Assembly (NCBI GenBank): GCA_964016885.1
Contig: OZ024743.1
Location: forward strand, 146,692,001-146,756,000
Length of the DNA: 64,000 nucleotides
From: Eledone cirrhosa
Taxonomy: Eukaryota
Direction of reading: 5' to 3'
Shown: positions 11,820 through 28,371 of the stretch, in pieces
Layout: each line of letters opens with the position of its first letter
How positions within the stretch are numbered: the stretch's first letter is position 1
Made by a program: the position numbers and the translations under genes
Notes under the pieces: generated by a model
What the model was told of the DNA's origin: nothing
The model's input: only the letters and a program-made list of their open reading frames with translations
Databases searched by the model: none

Positions 11820-14480
11820 AGAGAAATAGGGAAGGAGAAAATAAGACCTCACTTCTATGGAAGAAATTGAAAACTTTTCGAGAAAGATTTAGTGATGAGA
11901 AGACATACAATGGAAATGTATTGGTGTAGATGCACAGAACAATCTTACAAAAGTTTGCAAGAACAAGCATGGGAAAACATCTCAATAGCAGAGACAAAGA
12001 GGTCATCAAAGAGGGCTCATGAGTGGAAATATTCTGGGTTTCTTTGCACACACAAAAGTTATTCTAGCTGTTCAATGAAATTATAAAAGATCCTGAAAAA
12101 ACACCTGACTGAATAGCAAGTGGTATTACTTACTATCAAAGAATCTCTTCTCATGGAGAAAACAAAGGCATTTATAGAAGAGAACAATCTTTTCCATATT
12201 GAACAAAAAGGGTGCCAACAAGGTTCTTATAAATGTAAAGATCAATTCTTTATTAATTGTACAATTGTTGAGAACTGTCATGACAAGTGAAAAATATATG
12301 TTCTGCATGGATTGATTACAAAAAGGCTTTTGGCAGTACTCCACTTTTACGGATTCTGAAATTGCTGGACATCTTCAAAATTTCTCCTGTAATTTCAAAC
12401 TTTCTGAAATATATGTCATTGTGGAACACAATTCTCCAATTATATTATTCCAATGGAGTACTAAAGGTCAAACATTATTATCATTGATAAAATAAAGTAC
12501 CAGTAATACACTGGGTAATTGCTGGCCTTGTGCCTAACGTAGAAACAATTATTATCATTGACTGTGGCATTTTCGAAGGTGATACACTTTCACCTCTGAT
12601 ATTTTGCATAGCTCTAAAACCCTTACAATCGAACTTAACAGAACAAGTTATGGTTATAATATTGACAGGAAAATAAGCCACCTATTTTATATGGATGACT
12701 TAAAACTATATGACAGAGACAATGATGAGTTTGAAGGCCTTTTACATACTGTAAAAGTATTCAGTTATGATATTAGGATGGAGTTTGGGCTTCTTAAGTG
12801 TGCCAAGACCACTTTCAAGAAAGGGAAATTGATAAACTCAAATTCAGTTGAATTGGATGTTGAAACAGTTATAAAAGAACTTGAGCAGAAACATACCTAT
12901 AAATACCGAGGTATAAATGAAGCATGCAAGCAAAAGAGAGAAGTTAAGGTTGTAATGTTATAAGAGAGTACAAGCAGTTATGATATCTGAACCAAATGCA
13001 CATAAGGTGTTAGCCATAAATTCCTTAGTAGTTTCACTTGTTAGTTAAAGCTTCAATATGTTGAACGGAAATATCAGTGAAATAAAGAGAATTGACACAA
13101 AAATTTGTAGGTTGCTGATTTGTAATAAGATGCACCACCCAAAAGTCAGATGTGGATCATCTTTACCTTCCTGGAACTCAAGGAGGCAGAGGCTTGACCC
13201 AGTTTGAACTGTCTTTCAAAACCATTACAGATATCTTGAAGCAACAACTCATTTAAAAACATGAGACGAGTAAGAAACTTAATTCGATTTTGAAAGAGAG
13301 TAAAAAATTGATACTGATTTCATAACTAATAGGTAGGCTGAACAGACCAAGATTACTGTGGCAGCTGTTGTTGCAAAGCAAGTAAAATTAATGGCTAAGA
13401 AAAAAGGGCATGAACAATTAACATCGAGGTGGGAGCAGAAATCTCTGCACCAGCAAACAAACTGATGTTGGTCAGAAGCACACCCATCAGTGGCTATGTT
13501 GCTCAGGGCTAATGATAGAGAGTGAAGGCTTCGTCTTAGCTACCTAAGATCAAATCTTATTAACTCAGAATTATCAAGCCAATGGGATAAGAAATGGAAT
13601 AGATCCAAAGTGCCATTTCTGCAGTGATGCTATTGAAACAGTGAACCACTTAATCTCTGGACATAAAGTTTTAGTCCTAGTAGAGTATAAATCAAGGTAT
13701 GATAGAGTTGGACTATATCCACACTGATTAATATGTCAGCATTATAAAATCAAAACTGCTGACAAGTGGTGTAAGCATCACCCTGAGGCTGTAACTGAGG
13801 GTGAAAATGTAATGATTCTTTGGGGCTTTCCTGTACATACATACTGAACCATCAAAGCTAACAGACCAGATATTATTGTAAAAGACAAAAATAACAAAGT
13901 ATGTTTATTGATTGATATATGATCCCATGTGAACACAATATTGCAGCAGAAGAATTCGACAAGTTCAGAAAATTTAAAGACTTGTTGATTGAAAAAATGT
14001 GGCATCTCAAGGTACTTACAATACCAGTGATTGTAGGAGCACTAGGAATTATCAAAAAAGGGACTGAAAATTATTTTAGAATGACCCATGTCTTACCATC
14101 ACTGAAAAAAAAATACAAAAAAATTGCTTTAACTGGTATGGTCCATGTATTGAGAAGAGCAATATCGATGTGAGACAGATAATCATTTATTTAATTTGTT
14201 TTAACATAACATTATTAGATTAGATTCCATAATTAAGTAAGCTGTAAATAATTGAACACTCTTATATGATTGAATATCATTCTGTTGTAAATATTATTTT
14301 AAACAGATAATATGCACATGCATAAAGTAAATGATATACGTGTAACTGTGCAAAGTACGTGATTTGAACAATCTGGTGTTATTATTTTGTGGATTATGCA
14401 GTGAGTTTCTCTGGCCTAGGTGTCGGAAAGACATTCAGCAAGAAATGGAAACAAATCTGAAGGAAGAAAAAAAAAATACA
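11820..14480 (+). pseudogene. Decayed R4/Dong-clade non-LTR retrotransposon (RT, CCHC and restriction-like endonuclease) ending at (AAT)n
   Basis: Broken-frame motifs EQKGC, AWIDYKKAF, GIFEGDTLSPLIFC, ISHLFYMDDLKLY, EFGLLKCA, CHFC..ETVNHL, NRPDIIV and PVIVGALG. An (AAT)n tract starts at 14481. Confidence 0.88.
12488..12547 (+). mobile_element. 60-bp 5'-truncated ATT-tailed SINE inserted in the Dong-like RT
   Basis: taaaataaagtaccag...ccttgtgcctaacgtagaaaca with a 14-bp TSD attattatcattga (12474-12487 and 12548-12561). Confidence 0.9.
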
Positions 14481-14825
14481 AATAATAATAATAATAATAA
14501 TAATTATGATAGTAATAATAACAACAACAAAGAAGAAATAAAGAGTGGAAAAGAAGACCTTTATTCATATGTGTATGCCATCAGAATTAATTCTAGACTA
14601 AACAATAGGGACAACAAATAATAAGAGCCAGGTAGTTTTTAGTTTCTGGTTGTACAATTAAGCATCATTAACTTTACTTGGTTCTCTGCAACAATTTACT
14701 CAGCAGCATTCAATTCCTCTTACAAACTTAAGAGTGGCTTTGATGAAAATAAATAAAATTTAGCAGAAAAAGCTAATAAATGATTCATATTTATGAACTG
14801 AAAACTATGATTTTTCAGGGAAAAT

Positions 14826-17430
<2,605 letters not shown>

Positions 17431-18039
17431 ACTGTATACAGTTTACCTTTTTATACACTTATAGTAATTATTGCATGTACACAAGCTTATTGAAATAGTA
17501 ACAAGGAAAATTAATTACTTTTGTTTTCCATTCTTTATTGTTCTCCCTGATCTCAACAGCAAAAAGTCATAGACACACACACATGCCCCCCCCCCCCTCC
17601 TACACACACATAAGACAGCAACACAAACAACAATGCCAATATCAATGAAAACAAATACAATGATGATGATGATGATGATGATAATTATAATGATAATAAT
17701 GATAATATATACTATATAGTAATTGCAGAAAAATATTTTGGCATGTGTAAAATTCAGAAGATTAATGAGATACACTTCCCTCTGCTTAGAATGTGCTTCC
17801 AGGTTCGATTCTGTTGAACAGTACCTTGAGGAACTATTTTCTACTTTAGTCTTGGAGTCATCAATGTCTCATGAATGGATGGACGTTGATTGATGCAAAT
17901 TATGTGGAAGCCAGCCATATATAGATATATAGGTAGCTGGAAAATACCTAATTCCAGCCAGTCGTATATGATAGACTATTTAATAGGATGTCAACATGAT
18001 CTCACTGTGTCACTAGTATGAGGGATGTTAAATCCTGAA

Positions 18040-18915
18040 TTGACCACTGTCTAGACGCTATAAATATAGAGGCATTGTGGGAGATTTTATTAAGATTGGT
18101 TTTCCCTGATGAATTGGTTGCTCTTATCAATTTCTTGCATGAGGGGATGAAAGTAAGAACATAGGGTAAAACAATGTGACACCTATAAAATTCTCAATAT
18201 ATCTTGCTATAGTATTTCTCATACCTTTTAAGGATAACCCAAATGATATTTATATCAAATATTGCACTTCAGGCTAGGTATTCAACTTAACAAGTATCAA
18301 TTACCCTGAGCAGAAATTTCTTATATGAAGCTAACTGTGACATAGTAATGCATACTGAGATGCAAATGTATCTATCCAGTGATCACTTCTGTAATGTTTG
18401 CAAGGCACTTGGACCTGAAATCAATTATAAACAGGCTGTTTCACACACAGACCTGTTTCTCATCAACTTTATGTTAAGCCTTCTATCCTCATCAATGGGA
18501 AACATTTGCAGGTGGCTAAGTTTTTTATGTACTTTGACAGTATATTTATAGAAGATGATAAGCTTGATAATGAAACTTTTCTTCATACTGGAAAAGTATC
18601 CAAATTCTTCTTAAGCCTAGAAAAGCATCTGTGGTCAAAATTTTACACAAAAGTATGTAAAGTTCTGAGAGCTTTTTTGTTTGCCACTGAGACATGGGTT
18701 ATCAATAAACATAAAGTAAAATTTCTAGAAGATTTTCATCAAAGATGTCTCTGACATACACTTTACATTGTCTGGAAGTAACATTTCAAATACCAAAGTT
18801 CTTGAGAGAACATAGTTGCCAAATATAAAGTCTGAAATTATAAAATGTTATCTTCATTTGTCTGGTTATCTTGTTTGTATGGATGATTTGCAACTTCTAA
18901 AACAAATGTTGTAGG
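18040..18915 (+). pseudogene. Highly decayed RTE (BovB-like) RT fragment
   Basis: Fragments ALWEILLR..P....LINFLHEGM, LFATETWV...KVKFLEDFHQRCL and SGYLVCMDD..LLKQML. Confidence 0.7.
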
Positions 18916-20039
18916 TGTAGAGTTGGCATTATGAGGGTTGATGTGAACAAGAATAGATGAGCTTTTTTATGTCTACAAGTGTTTATGCAATAATGGTGGC
19001 TGTGCATTTGGGTCTGTCAGAGATGCAGGTGTATGTGTATGGTTGTAGTACCTCGTTTAAGTGCATCCATCTATATAAATGCGTGTGTCTGTCTATTCAC
19101 ACTCTATTGTTACTTTTAAAGACAATAAGTAGCAATTTAAGGGTGATTTGACTGCTATTTCTTGTAGGTCAAGAGACAACATAGAGGTAGTGTGTTGATG
19201 AATAAAAATTTGTCAATCAGCAATACGATCTAAGTTTTTGGATACTTATTCCCTTATGATGAAGGAGAGACATGGATCAGGTTATAAATATTGATCAAAT
19301 TCTTCATTTAATAAGCTACACCTGTACTTTAGACATTTTGAAGCAGAGATGATCAAGAGGGAAACAATTCATAGCATATCAAGACTACACAAAACATCAT
19401 CACATAGATTTACATACATCACAAGACAAGACAAGCAGAGATCATTTCATGAAACTAAAGCACAAACTAAAAAAAAAAACACATAAATAAAACGAAAACA
19501 AAAACAATAACAATAACAACAGCAATAACAATAACAACAGACATACAAATACAGGCAAAAATCACAATGTAGCATTATGTGATTTCTACATGCTACTTGT
19601 TAATACAAACACTTTCCTGTAATATTCAAATGGCTTTGACAACACAGATGAATTACTTATTGTGGAGGTAAGTGGAGGAGAATCTTACACATGTTATTAT
19701 TTCCATTTTACTATTCTCACCTTTTCAACAACTTTGTTTCAATTTCCCTTATGTCTTTCCCTTCCTCTTTCTCACATTCCCTAAATCATTTCTATTTTAT
19801 ATTTCTATTTTAGCTTTATATTTTAGCTTTATATTTTAGCTGATTCTCTACATTGCAGGCCTATTTCTTAACTTCAGTTATTTTAATAATTGTTTCTGCT
19901 TTAGACACATTAACTTTGTTGTTCTATACACTGTTACACATATTGTTTCTATCATGCATTTTCTGCCATTTCTATCAAGTGGTATGACCATGTAGCGGTT
20001 CTGTGGTTGTAGTTGTTATCATGGTTATAGTAGTTTTAA

Positions 20040-20172
20040 GAGTGTTGGATTGGCAGAAGCATTAGAGCATCAGTCACAATGGGTCAAGATGTTTGTTCTA
20101 GTTCTTTACATTCAGAGCTCAAACCTCACTGAAGATAACTTTACCTTTCATCCTTCTAGCCTTGTGCCTAAA
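20040..20172 (+). mobile_element. Decayed ATT-type tRNA-SINE
   Basis: ggattggcagaagcattagagc...gagctcaaacc...cctttcatcctt..gccttgtgcctaaa. Confidence 0.6.
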
Positions 20173-21324
20173 AACCATTGTTGATGTTCTTTGCTGACAT
20201 CTTGTTGCTGTTGTTGTTTAGTTCCAGATCAGCCTTGATCAAACAAATCTATGATCAAAGACATTTCAGCCATGAACATCCAATCTTAGTTTCAGAATAC
20301 TGTACCTATATGACCAAATTTTTTTGAAGGTGCTATGAAATAATTATTTTTACTTTATGTCCAAGGTGTCTTATGGTATACTTTGTTTGAAGGCAGCCAC
20401 CAATTGCAATAACTGTGGACATGCTTACACTTATGTCTCAAATATAGATGTTTTATGAATAACAAAATTTGTTATATAATATCTATATGAATTATCTAAA
20501 CACAAAGTTGAAAATATTTATGAAATACCATCATTTCAACTAGTATTTGTTCAACTTTTGAAAATGTATACCAGCACTAATTCAAACAGACTAACATTGA
20601 TCTTCACACACTCCTTATTTATTCCTTTGTATTATAATGTATTTTCTACACAATAATCAAAACATTTTTTCCCGTTATCCTACATGATTCATTTCTGTTC
20701 AGGGTAATCTCCATTACCTCAGAAACCTTTCCTAACCACTTTAGCAATTCTAATTTCTATGTTAAAAAAAACTAAGTTCATCTAAGGAATTTTTGATTTA
20801 GATTGTTGGTACCTCTTGTAACTCCTCAGAGTCAAGGCATATGAAAAGAATTTATTCATATGTCTACTAGCTTTATATGTCTTTGTGGAAGTTCTTTGGT
20901 TTAATTATGAAACTGGAAATGAAGTGCAAATTTGTACATTGACTTAATCAATGATACACACACACACAGACATATATTACTCTGTACTTGTATTGAATAT
21001 TTTATTTTGGTTTATGTAAATTCATTTACAGTATATGTTTGTGTATGCATGAACATATATTTTGCTGATATATATTGACAAAGGATGCAAACCGTGGTAA
21101 AATAATTGAAAACAAAGTACTTTTCAAACAAAGATTTGGGTTACAGTCATTCCCTTGTTACTCCCACCGCCAGAAATGTTATGTAATGATTACCCCCTTA
21201 CAAAATTTAACCAAGACACTATTGTTCACTATTATGTACTTGATAGGTTTGATGCCAATGAAAATCAGTGCTGCAAAAACTGAGACTCGTCCTCTCAAAG
21301 AAGTCTGCACAGTGCATTCTATAT

Positions 21325-21983
21325 GTAAATGGATTCCACTGAAGTAGGTAGAGAAGTTCAAGTATCTCGGGGCTGTGTTCATGAGTGATGGAATGCAGGA
21401 GGCTAAATTAAGTGCAAGGATTGCAAAAGCTGGTGCAGTAATACACCACCTTAAGCATTCTATAATCAGAAGAAGGGAGGTTGGTGTAAAAGCCAAACTC
21501 TCTATCTTCAATTTAGTTTTCGTGCTAACTATGGTTAGGAATTTTGGGTAATGACCGAAAGAATATGATTGTGATACAAGTGGCTGAAATGGGATTCCTC
21601 CAAAGCGTCTTTGGATGTTACTCGATAAAGTGCATAGCTCAGAGATCAGAGAGTCACTCCAGGTAGAGCCACTACTTCTCCGAATTGAGAGATCACAGCT
21701 CCTGATACCATAACAGATTGTACGGACAAAACCAACTGGCAAGAGACCCAGGAATAGACCCTGAACAAGATAGTTTGATAACATCTATGAGCTTGGCTGG
21801 TCATGCTTGGGGATCCAGCCAGATCAGTTGGAGACGGTTGCTTCTGACAGGACTCGCTGGAAGGAGTGTTTGAGGACTCTCAGGAATAAGTGGGTGAAGA
21901 AGAAGAAGAAGAAGAAGAAGAAGAAGAAGAAGAAGAAGAAGAAGAAGAAGAAGAAGAAGAAGAAGAAGAAGAAGAAGAAGAAG
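21325..21983 (+). pseudogene. 3' fragment of an RTE-clade (Expander/Rex3-like) LINE with a long (GAA)n tail
   Basis: VEKFKYLG, ARIAKAGAV, AEMGFL, SSEIRESLQVEPLLLRIERSQL, GKRPRNRP and VASDRTRW. (GAA)n runs 21896-21983. Confidence 0.8.
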
Positions 21984-23650
21984 AGACTATTGTTTACCAA
22001 TTCTGGTAAAAAATATATAAATCTGCAAATCCTGTTTGGTTTTGCAGGAATGCTAGATATTGCTACTTTTGTACATTTTGGATTTGGACTCAAGAGGGCT
22101 AATACTTTAAAAGTCTTTTACATGCATTGCAATTGAGCTAGTATTTGAAAGTAGCATGCTAGTTTTCTTGTAATATGTCCATGTTATAGCAATGATCAGC
22201 TTAGATACAGACACACTGGGTAGTAATATGAAAAAAAACACTGATTAGTGAAAACAAAAGAAAAGAAAACAAAAGAAAAAAGTGGATTTGCAGGTTGACA
22301 TTTGGAGAAACGAAATAACTGGCAACAAACATTTTCAGACAAAATGCATGTTCAATTAATGTTATTTAGTTATGGTCAGACCAGGTATCCAACTTGGCAA
22401 AAAAAACAAACAAACAAAAAAACCAGGATTGGATAATAGTTAGGAAGGTCAATGGTCAAAGAATAAAGTGGTTCTTAATTATTGGTTGAACCAAAGTTGT
22501 TATTTGTTGGTTTCATGGTAATTAGAAAACAAAAAGAAAAAAAAATTGTACTGATAAAATTTTAATAAATGCTCAAACACATTTCATCAAAATAATTCTT
22601 ACTGAATCATTTAGGCTTCATTTGAAGAGGGACATTAACTGTGTGTATCTCGTTAGTCTAAAAAAAGGGCAGCAATATTTATGGCCTTTCTTATAGAAGA
22701 AAACAAAAGAATATTAACTTTATGCGATTTAGACAGAAAATATACAAGGCTTAATGCAATTTATTGTTGTTGTTGTTGTTGTTGCCTCAAGTTAGTCTAT
22801 GAAGGTAGGTATTTTAGCTATGACTATACCAGCTCCTTTCAGACATAATGTGTCAATGATTACATAATGTAATATTACCTTTCCTTTTGTAACATGGTAG
22901 GGTATAGCTGCTATTTCCAACAGGCTGAACAACCACATACAGACCCTAATATTGGTTTCAGTGTTTTCATTATTGTCTGGTTTTGATGATGCTATTGTTT
23001 ATCCCCAAGTCAGCCCTGATCATACAGACATATGATCAAATATATTCCAGATGTGAATATCCCATCTTTTTCAGGATATCAAAAACTAGATTATCTAATG
23101 CTTCCTTCAATTATTCAGAATGCCAGGATATAATTTGATGGAAATTTGTTTGTTATTTCTAGTAAGCCATGTGACTACATAGAGAGCTCCTTGCTGGTTT
23201 AATGTTGTTGAATGGGGTGAGCTATACATGTAGTCCCTAGGCTAATTAGAATATATGAAAGTAGGGAACATCATTTCCTAATATCAGGAGGAATATTTTT
23301 CTCCTTGCAGCATTCATAGTGCCATTTTAAAAGTTTATAGCTTATATATTTCTTTTATAATTACCCCTCCCTTTAATTAAATTACATTATCATATAACAT
23401 CTTTCATCTTCTTAAATTATATTTTAAATTATTCCATTTCATTTTAATGATTACATCTTGATCTCTTATTGTTCGATAAATTAGAATTTATATTTGATTT
23501 TTATTTCTTTTATATTGCTTCTCTAACTCTTACTTTTTATGGTAAATAAAGGTATTCCTTGTTTTCCTTTTATTTATCCATTTCTAGTATTATCAAAACC
23601 TATATAACCACTAGCTCAAAACCCACAGCAACCATCACTACATGTCCCTT

Positions 23651-23687
<37 letters not shown>

Positions 23688-23791
23688 GTGGCTGCTACTG
23701 CTTCTACCACTACTATGACCACAAACATTGTTATTGCTATGTGTATCAGTGAAAAATCAGGAGATAGATAGATGGATAGAGAGAGAGAATG

Positions 23792-23882
<91 letters not shown>

Positions 23883-24800
23883 AGAGAGAAGAGAAAGAGA
23901 GAAAGAGAGAGTACCAATGTCCTGATTGTTTGTTAGATCTAAGGTTGATAGAATTTCATTAAAATCTCAGACAATTTAACCAATTAAGCATCCAGAAATC
24001 TGCAGGTGGCAGTCCAGCATGTGTGTGTTAGCTACCTTTACCCAATATAGAGACTGAGAAAATTTTTACAAGACTAGCTTGACTTTATAGTTTAGTACAA
24101 AACTGATTAGCCATGAAAACACTCACAGAAGCTAATTAGCAATAAATCTACTTCCTATATGCCTGCAGAGGAAAAGAAATCTTTAAAAAAGAAGAGGAAA
24201 AACAGAAAAAAAAAAAACGGAATGAAAACAAATATATTAATAAATATATGATCATCAATATTAGACCATATTGAAATAATTTCTCATATCCAAACATCAA
24301 GACATTTTTACTCTTTACTCATCCTGCCTTATTTGTGGTTTAAATAACATTTCTGAAATGTTTGGTTCCAAATTTCTATAATAATTGCCTTCTACTTTAT
24401 TGAAAAATTTGAATTGCCTTTAGCTGAAAAATATGATATGAAGTCTTGCCCTGATGTGTTTGTTCCCATCAATTTTATATAAAGATCCTACCAGTGTTTA
24501 GCCCCTGGGTAAATTGTTTTCTTAGCACTAGTTAGCCAACTTTGGTGATTTCATATTGGATCTGCTATCTTACAGTTCTTCTTTTCAAGCTGGTTCACTA
24601 CAATCTGCTTAATTTTACTTCACTAACTCTTTATCATAAGAACTCTCTCTAATCAAACTGATTCTCTTGAACATATTTGTAGCTTCTTCACTATGTATGT
24701 ACCCTTGATATAATAGATGTTTGTGTATATATATATATATATATATATATACATACATACATATATATGTGTGTGTGTATACATATATATATATGTATAT

Positions 24801-24868
24801 AAGACCCGTCCCACCCTTGCAAGCAGGGAAAAGCGGACGTAAAATGATGATGATGATGATGATGATGA

Positions 24869-24872
<4 letters not shown>
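24801..24872 (+). mobile_element. RTE 3' stub with (ATG)n tail inside (TA)n
   Basis: aagacccgtcccacccttgcaagcagggaaaagcggacgtaaaatgatgatg. Confidence 0.85.
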
Positions 24873-24954
<82 letters not shown>

Positions 24955-25144
24955 GCATATTAGTAATATACACACATGTATGGCTACATATATACATCAT
25001 CATATGGTTAAAAAGTTTGCTTCACAACGACATGATTTTGGGACTGTGTGGCACCTTGGGCAAGTGTCTTCCAGTAGCCTTGCAGTAATGAATGTTTTGT
25101 ATATCAATAAATGGAAACTGTAAGGAAGCATGTCATATATATGT

Positions 25145-25180
<36 letters not shown>

Positions 25181-25181
<1 letters not shown>

Positions 25182-25233
25182 GGATTCCTGATGATTTCTA
25201 AAGAATGAAACAGTTCTAGTCCTGTAGAATCTC
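25181..25233 (+). ncRNA. Candidate type-I hammerhead ribozyme
   Basis: gggattc-CTGATGA-t ttc taaa gaa t-GAAA-cag ttctagtc ctg-TA-gaatctc. Stem I gggattc/gaatctc, stem III cag/ctg, GUA cleavage triplet. Confidence 0.6.
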
Positions 25234-25567
25234 ATCTATATTAAAACTATATATATATATATATATATATTATCTTACAATTTCTTTTTTCAACATATAT
25301 TATATACGTATTTGTGGTCACACATACACTGATATGCTTGCCCTCATATATGTACTTACGCACACATTTTTTCACTATACACATGCATTTGTACATACAC
25401 ACATATGTACATTTGTAGGTGCATATACACACATTTATACACATACCCTTACTATATTTCCTTATTTTATTTTTATATATCTCTTGCATTACTTTTATTT
25501 ATATATTTTTTTGCCCGTTAAACTTTTGCCTTTCTTGAGGAGATTTTTCAAATATTTCACTGTTTTA

Positions 25568-25645
25568 AATTGCCTTATCCGACGAACGAATGAGGACGTT
25601 TTTCGTATTCGTCTTATTCGGGAAACCTCTGGTAATGAGGTAATT
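25568..25645 (+). ncRNA. Candidate type-I hammerhead ribozyme (U4C core variant or mutant)
   Basis: aattgccttat-CCGACGA-a cgaatgaggacg..cgtcttattcg g-GAAA-cc tct gg-TA-atgaggtaatt. Stem I is 11 bp, stem II is long, cleavage triplet GUA. Confidence 0.65.
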
Positions 25646-25859
25646 ATACATTAAATTTAGCTCTGTAACTTACATAGAGCACTCTTCACTCCTATGACTT
25701 TTTCAATTTTCAACGGAAACTTCAATACTTATATATATGTTATTTTAATAAATATATATATATATATATATATGCAAAGTTTTATTTAAATTGTTGGGTT
25801 ACAACAAGTAAATATTTGTAACTGATATAAAAGCACTCAACAAGTATTTGGAGTATATT

Positions 25860-26224
25860 TACGATATTAAATAAATGGAAACTATATTTATAAAACCATA
25901 TTTATTTCATTATATATATTTCAGGGATATCATATTAAAAATATGGTATGCCTTCATCAGACAAAATACAATATAAACAGTCTTATAAATAGATAGATTT
26001 GACATACCTTACAACTTCAACTTCCATTCAAATCAACTTACAAATCAACTTTTTAAATTGAAGTTGAAGTTGTAAGGTATGTCAAATCTATCTATTTATA
26101 AGACTGTTTATATTGTATTTTGTCTGATGAAGGCATACCATATTTTTAATATGATATCCCTGAAATATATATAATGAAATAAATATGGTTTTATAAATAT
26201 AGTTTCCATTTATTTAATATCGTA
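25860..26224. repeat. Perfect 165-bp inverted repeat with a 35-bp spacer
   Basis: Arms 25860-26024 and 26060-26224 are reverse complements; (TA)n tracts lie nearby on both sides. Confidence 0.95.
26116..26181 (+). ncRNA. Candidate minimal hammerhead ribozyme, mirrored at 25903-25968 on the minus strand
   Basis: tattttgt-CTGATGA-agg..catatt ttt aatatg..cct-GAAA-tatata-TA-atgaaata. Stem III is palindromic, as in Penelope-associated minimal hammerheads. Confidence 0.6.
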
Positions 26225-26589
26225 TATATATATATATATATATATACTTCGTTTTTTGCAATATATAAACAACCTTTAAGGCCTCCATGCTTCCCGAGAT
26301 CCGCCAACACTACAGCTAACACATACACACATGTACTTCCCTGACATTTGTGTATTATTCTATGTACTATACATACACCTTTGACGAGTTGCAGTGCACC
26401 TGAGCACTTTGCACAATAATTTCATTATTATCATTATTATTAACCATCTGGTTATTGAACCAACCAACTAACCAGAAATTTATAATATGTATGAGAGCCA
26501 GAAAATTTTACTTTCCCATTACACCACATTTTAGTGTTTGTGTCTTCTGTGAAACACTAAATCTGTCCTGCTCATTCAAACCAGGCTGC

Positions 26590-27090
26590 ATCCCTCATAC
26601 ACAAATCATTGAACAGAAACTGCATTCCTTTCACCTTACCTTAGATCACCTAGTTGGCATGGCTCCTGATGACATTTTGATTTTCCTCCATCTCTTACAG
26701 TCAGCAGCACATTCCTCAAATATTTGAGTTTATATTCCAAAATGCTTGATATTATTCTTCAGTTTATCCTTGTATCTAAGAAGGGTTCTTCCTATGATTC
26801 GCACTCTCGCTTGAGGATTTTCGGCAGTCTTTCATTATTCCTCCTAGAAACATGACTAGCCTATCTTAATTGAAACTTTATCAAGAAGGCCTCTAAGCTT
26901 TGTATATCATATTTATGAAACAACAGTTCATTAGACACCTTTTTCTTCCATGTGAAACCTCAGATATTTCTGAGACATCTCTCGGGGAAAGTATCTAGCT
27001 ATGTAATATATTTTCTATATGGTGCCCATGATTCAGACGCATACAGCAATGTTGAAATGATAACTGTATGGTAAACTGAGATTTTGGTCT
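26590..27090 (-). pseudogene. Decayed RTE (BovB-like) 3' fragment
   Basis: Minus strand reads LDTFPERCLRNI*GFTWKKKVSN, QLR*ASHVSR..NERLPK and LRYKDKLK. Confidence 0.7.
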
Positions 27091-28009
27091 CTCTCTATAT
27101 ATACATGTGTGTGTGTATGTGTGTGTGTGCGTATGTGTGGGCCTGTTTTTTTTTCTCTTCCCATTTAACATCAAAGACAATAATATTTGTTTACATTCTG
27201 TATAAAAAGCGATCTCATTTCTCAACAATTATACATCAGAAAAACCATATCGTACTTAGAAAACAACTGGTGGTTGGCATAGGAGAGGCATGGAAAAATG
27301 GATTTAACACTGGTGTTGATGTTGACAATATATATTTATATATGAGTGTGTTTGCATGTTTGTGAGTGTGTGTATATGGTTTTTGCATGTGTGTTTGTAA
27401 CTTCATGTTTATGCATTAACATCACTTGGGCAGCTGGTAGCGTTTATTTATGTCTCACAGCTCAGTCATCGGACATGTGATGTTTAGTGGAAAAGTAATT
27501 TGCTTAAAAAAAGAAGGGCATCCAGTTGTAGAATAATACCTCAAACAGTTTCATATAATCAGTCTTTCTACATATGACCATCCTACCTTTTCTGACATAG
27601 TTTATTTTGGATTATGTTATAGAATGTGTTTGAGAGATATTCAGCCGTTGTTGTGTGTGTGTGTTTGTCTCTGTATATGTTTGTTTGTGTGCATGTGTGT
27701 GTTTTTTGAGTGTATATATATAAACAAGAGTAATAAATTGTTAGATCAAACTCAGTTATGATATACCAAGAAAAATTCAATCTAAATGTGTTTCTACAAT
27801 AAATAAATGGTCTATCCAATGTGTAATCCATGGGGTAAATTAATCTAAGATATTGTACAAATGTAAGGACACAGCACATAAATAATAAATCCATTTGTAT
27901 TACTCTTATGAACATTTCTACAAATGAAATAAAGTGTAAAGATAGGGTTAGTGAAAGATTCTCAATTAAGTAAGATGCTAAAAAGTCTAAAGTCTGTCTC
28001 AAGTCTGGA

Positions 28010-28265
28010 AGCTCATCAAGCTGGTGCTTAACCTGGTTTCCATGGTGTGAAGCAACTGAAAGTACAATACTCCTCACCCAACTGGACAGGATGCCAGTCG
28101 ATCGTAGCCCCCCCCCCCCAGCTATTGCTAGATCTCATTTTCAGCTGAGTATACTGGAGCAATATGAAATGAAATGTTTTACACAAGAACACAACACAAC
28201 CCAGTCCAGAAATCAAGTCCATGACATTATGATCATAAGTCCAACTCCCTTACCACATGGCTATG
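28010..28265 (-). mobile_element. tRNA/CORE-like SINE with a V-domain-like segment
   Basis: ctggacaggatgccagtcgatcg and cagctgagtatactggagcaatatgaaatg. Homologous to 7190-7430. Confidence 0.65.
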
Positions 28266-28371
28266 AATCTCCATTCTAAATAAGATTCCAGTATATGGAA
28301 TAAATCCATATATTAGCTGACATAAAACAAAAAAGGTATACACACACACACACACGCGCGCACACATATAT

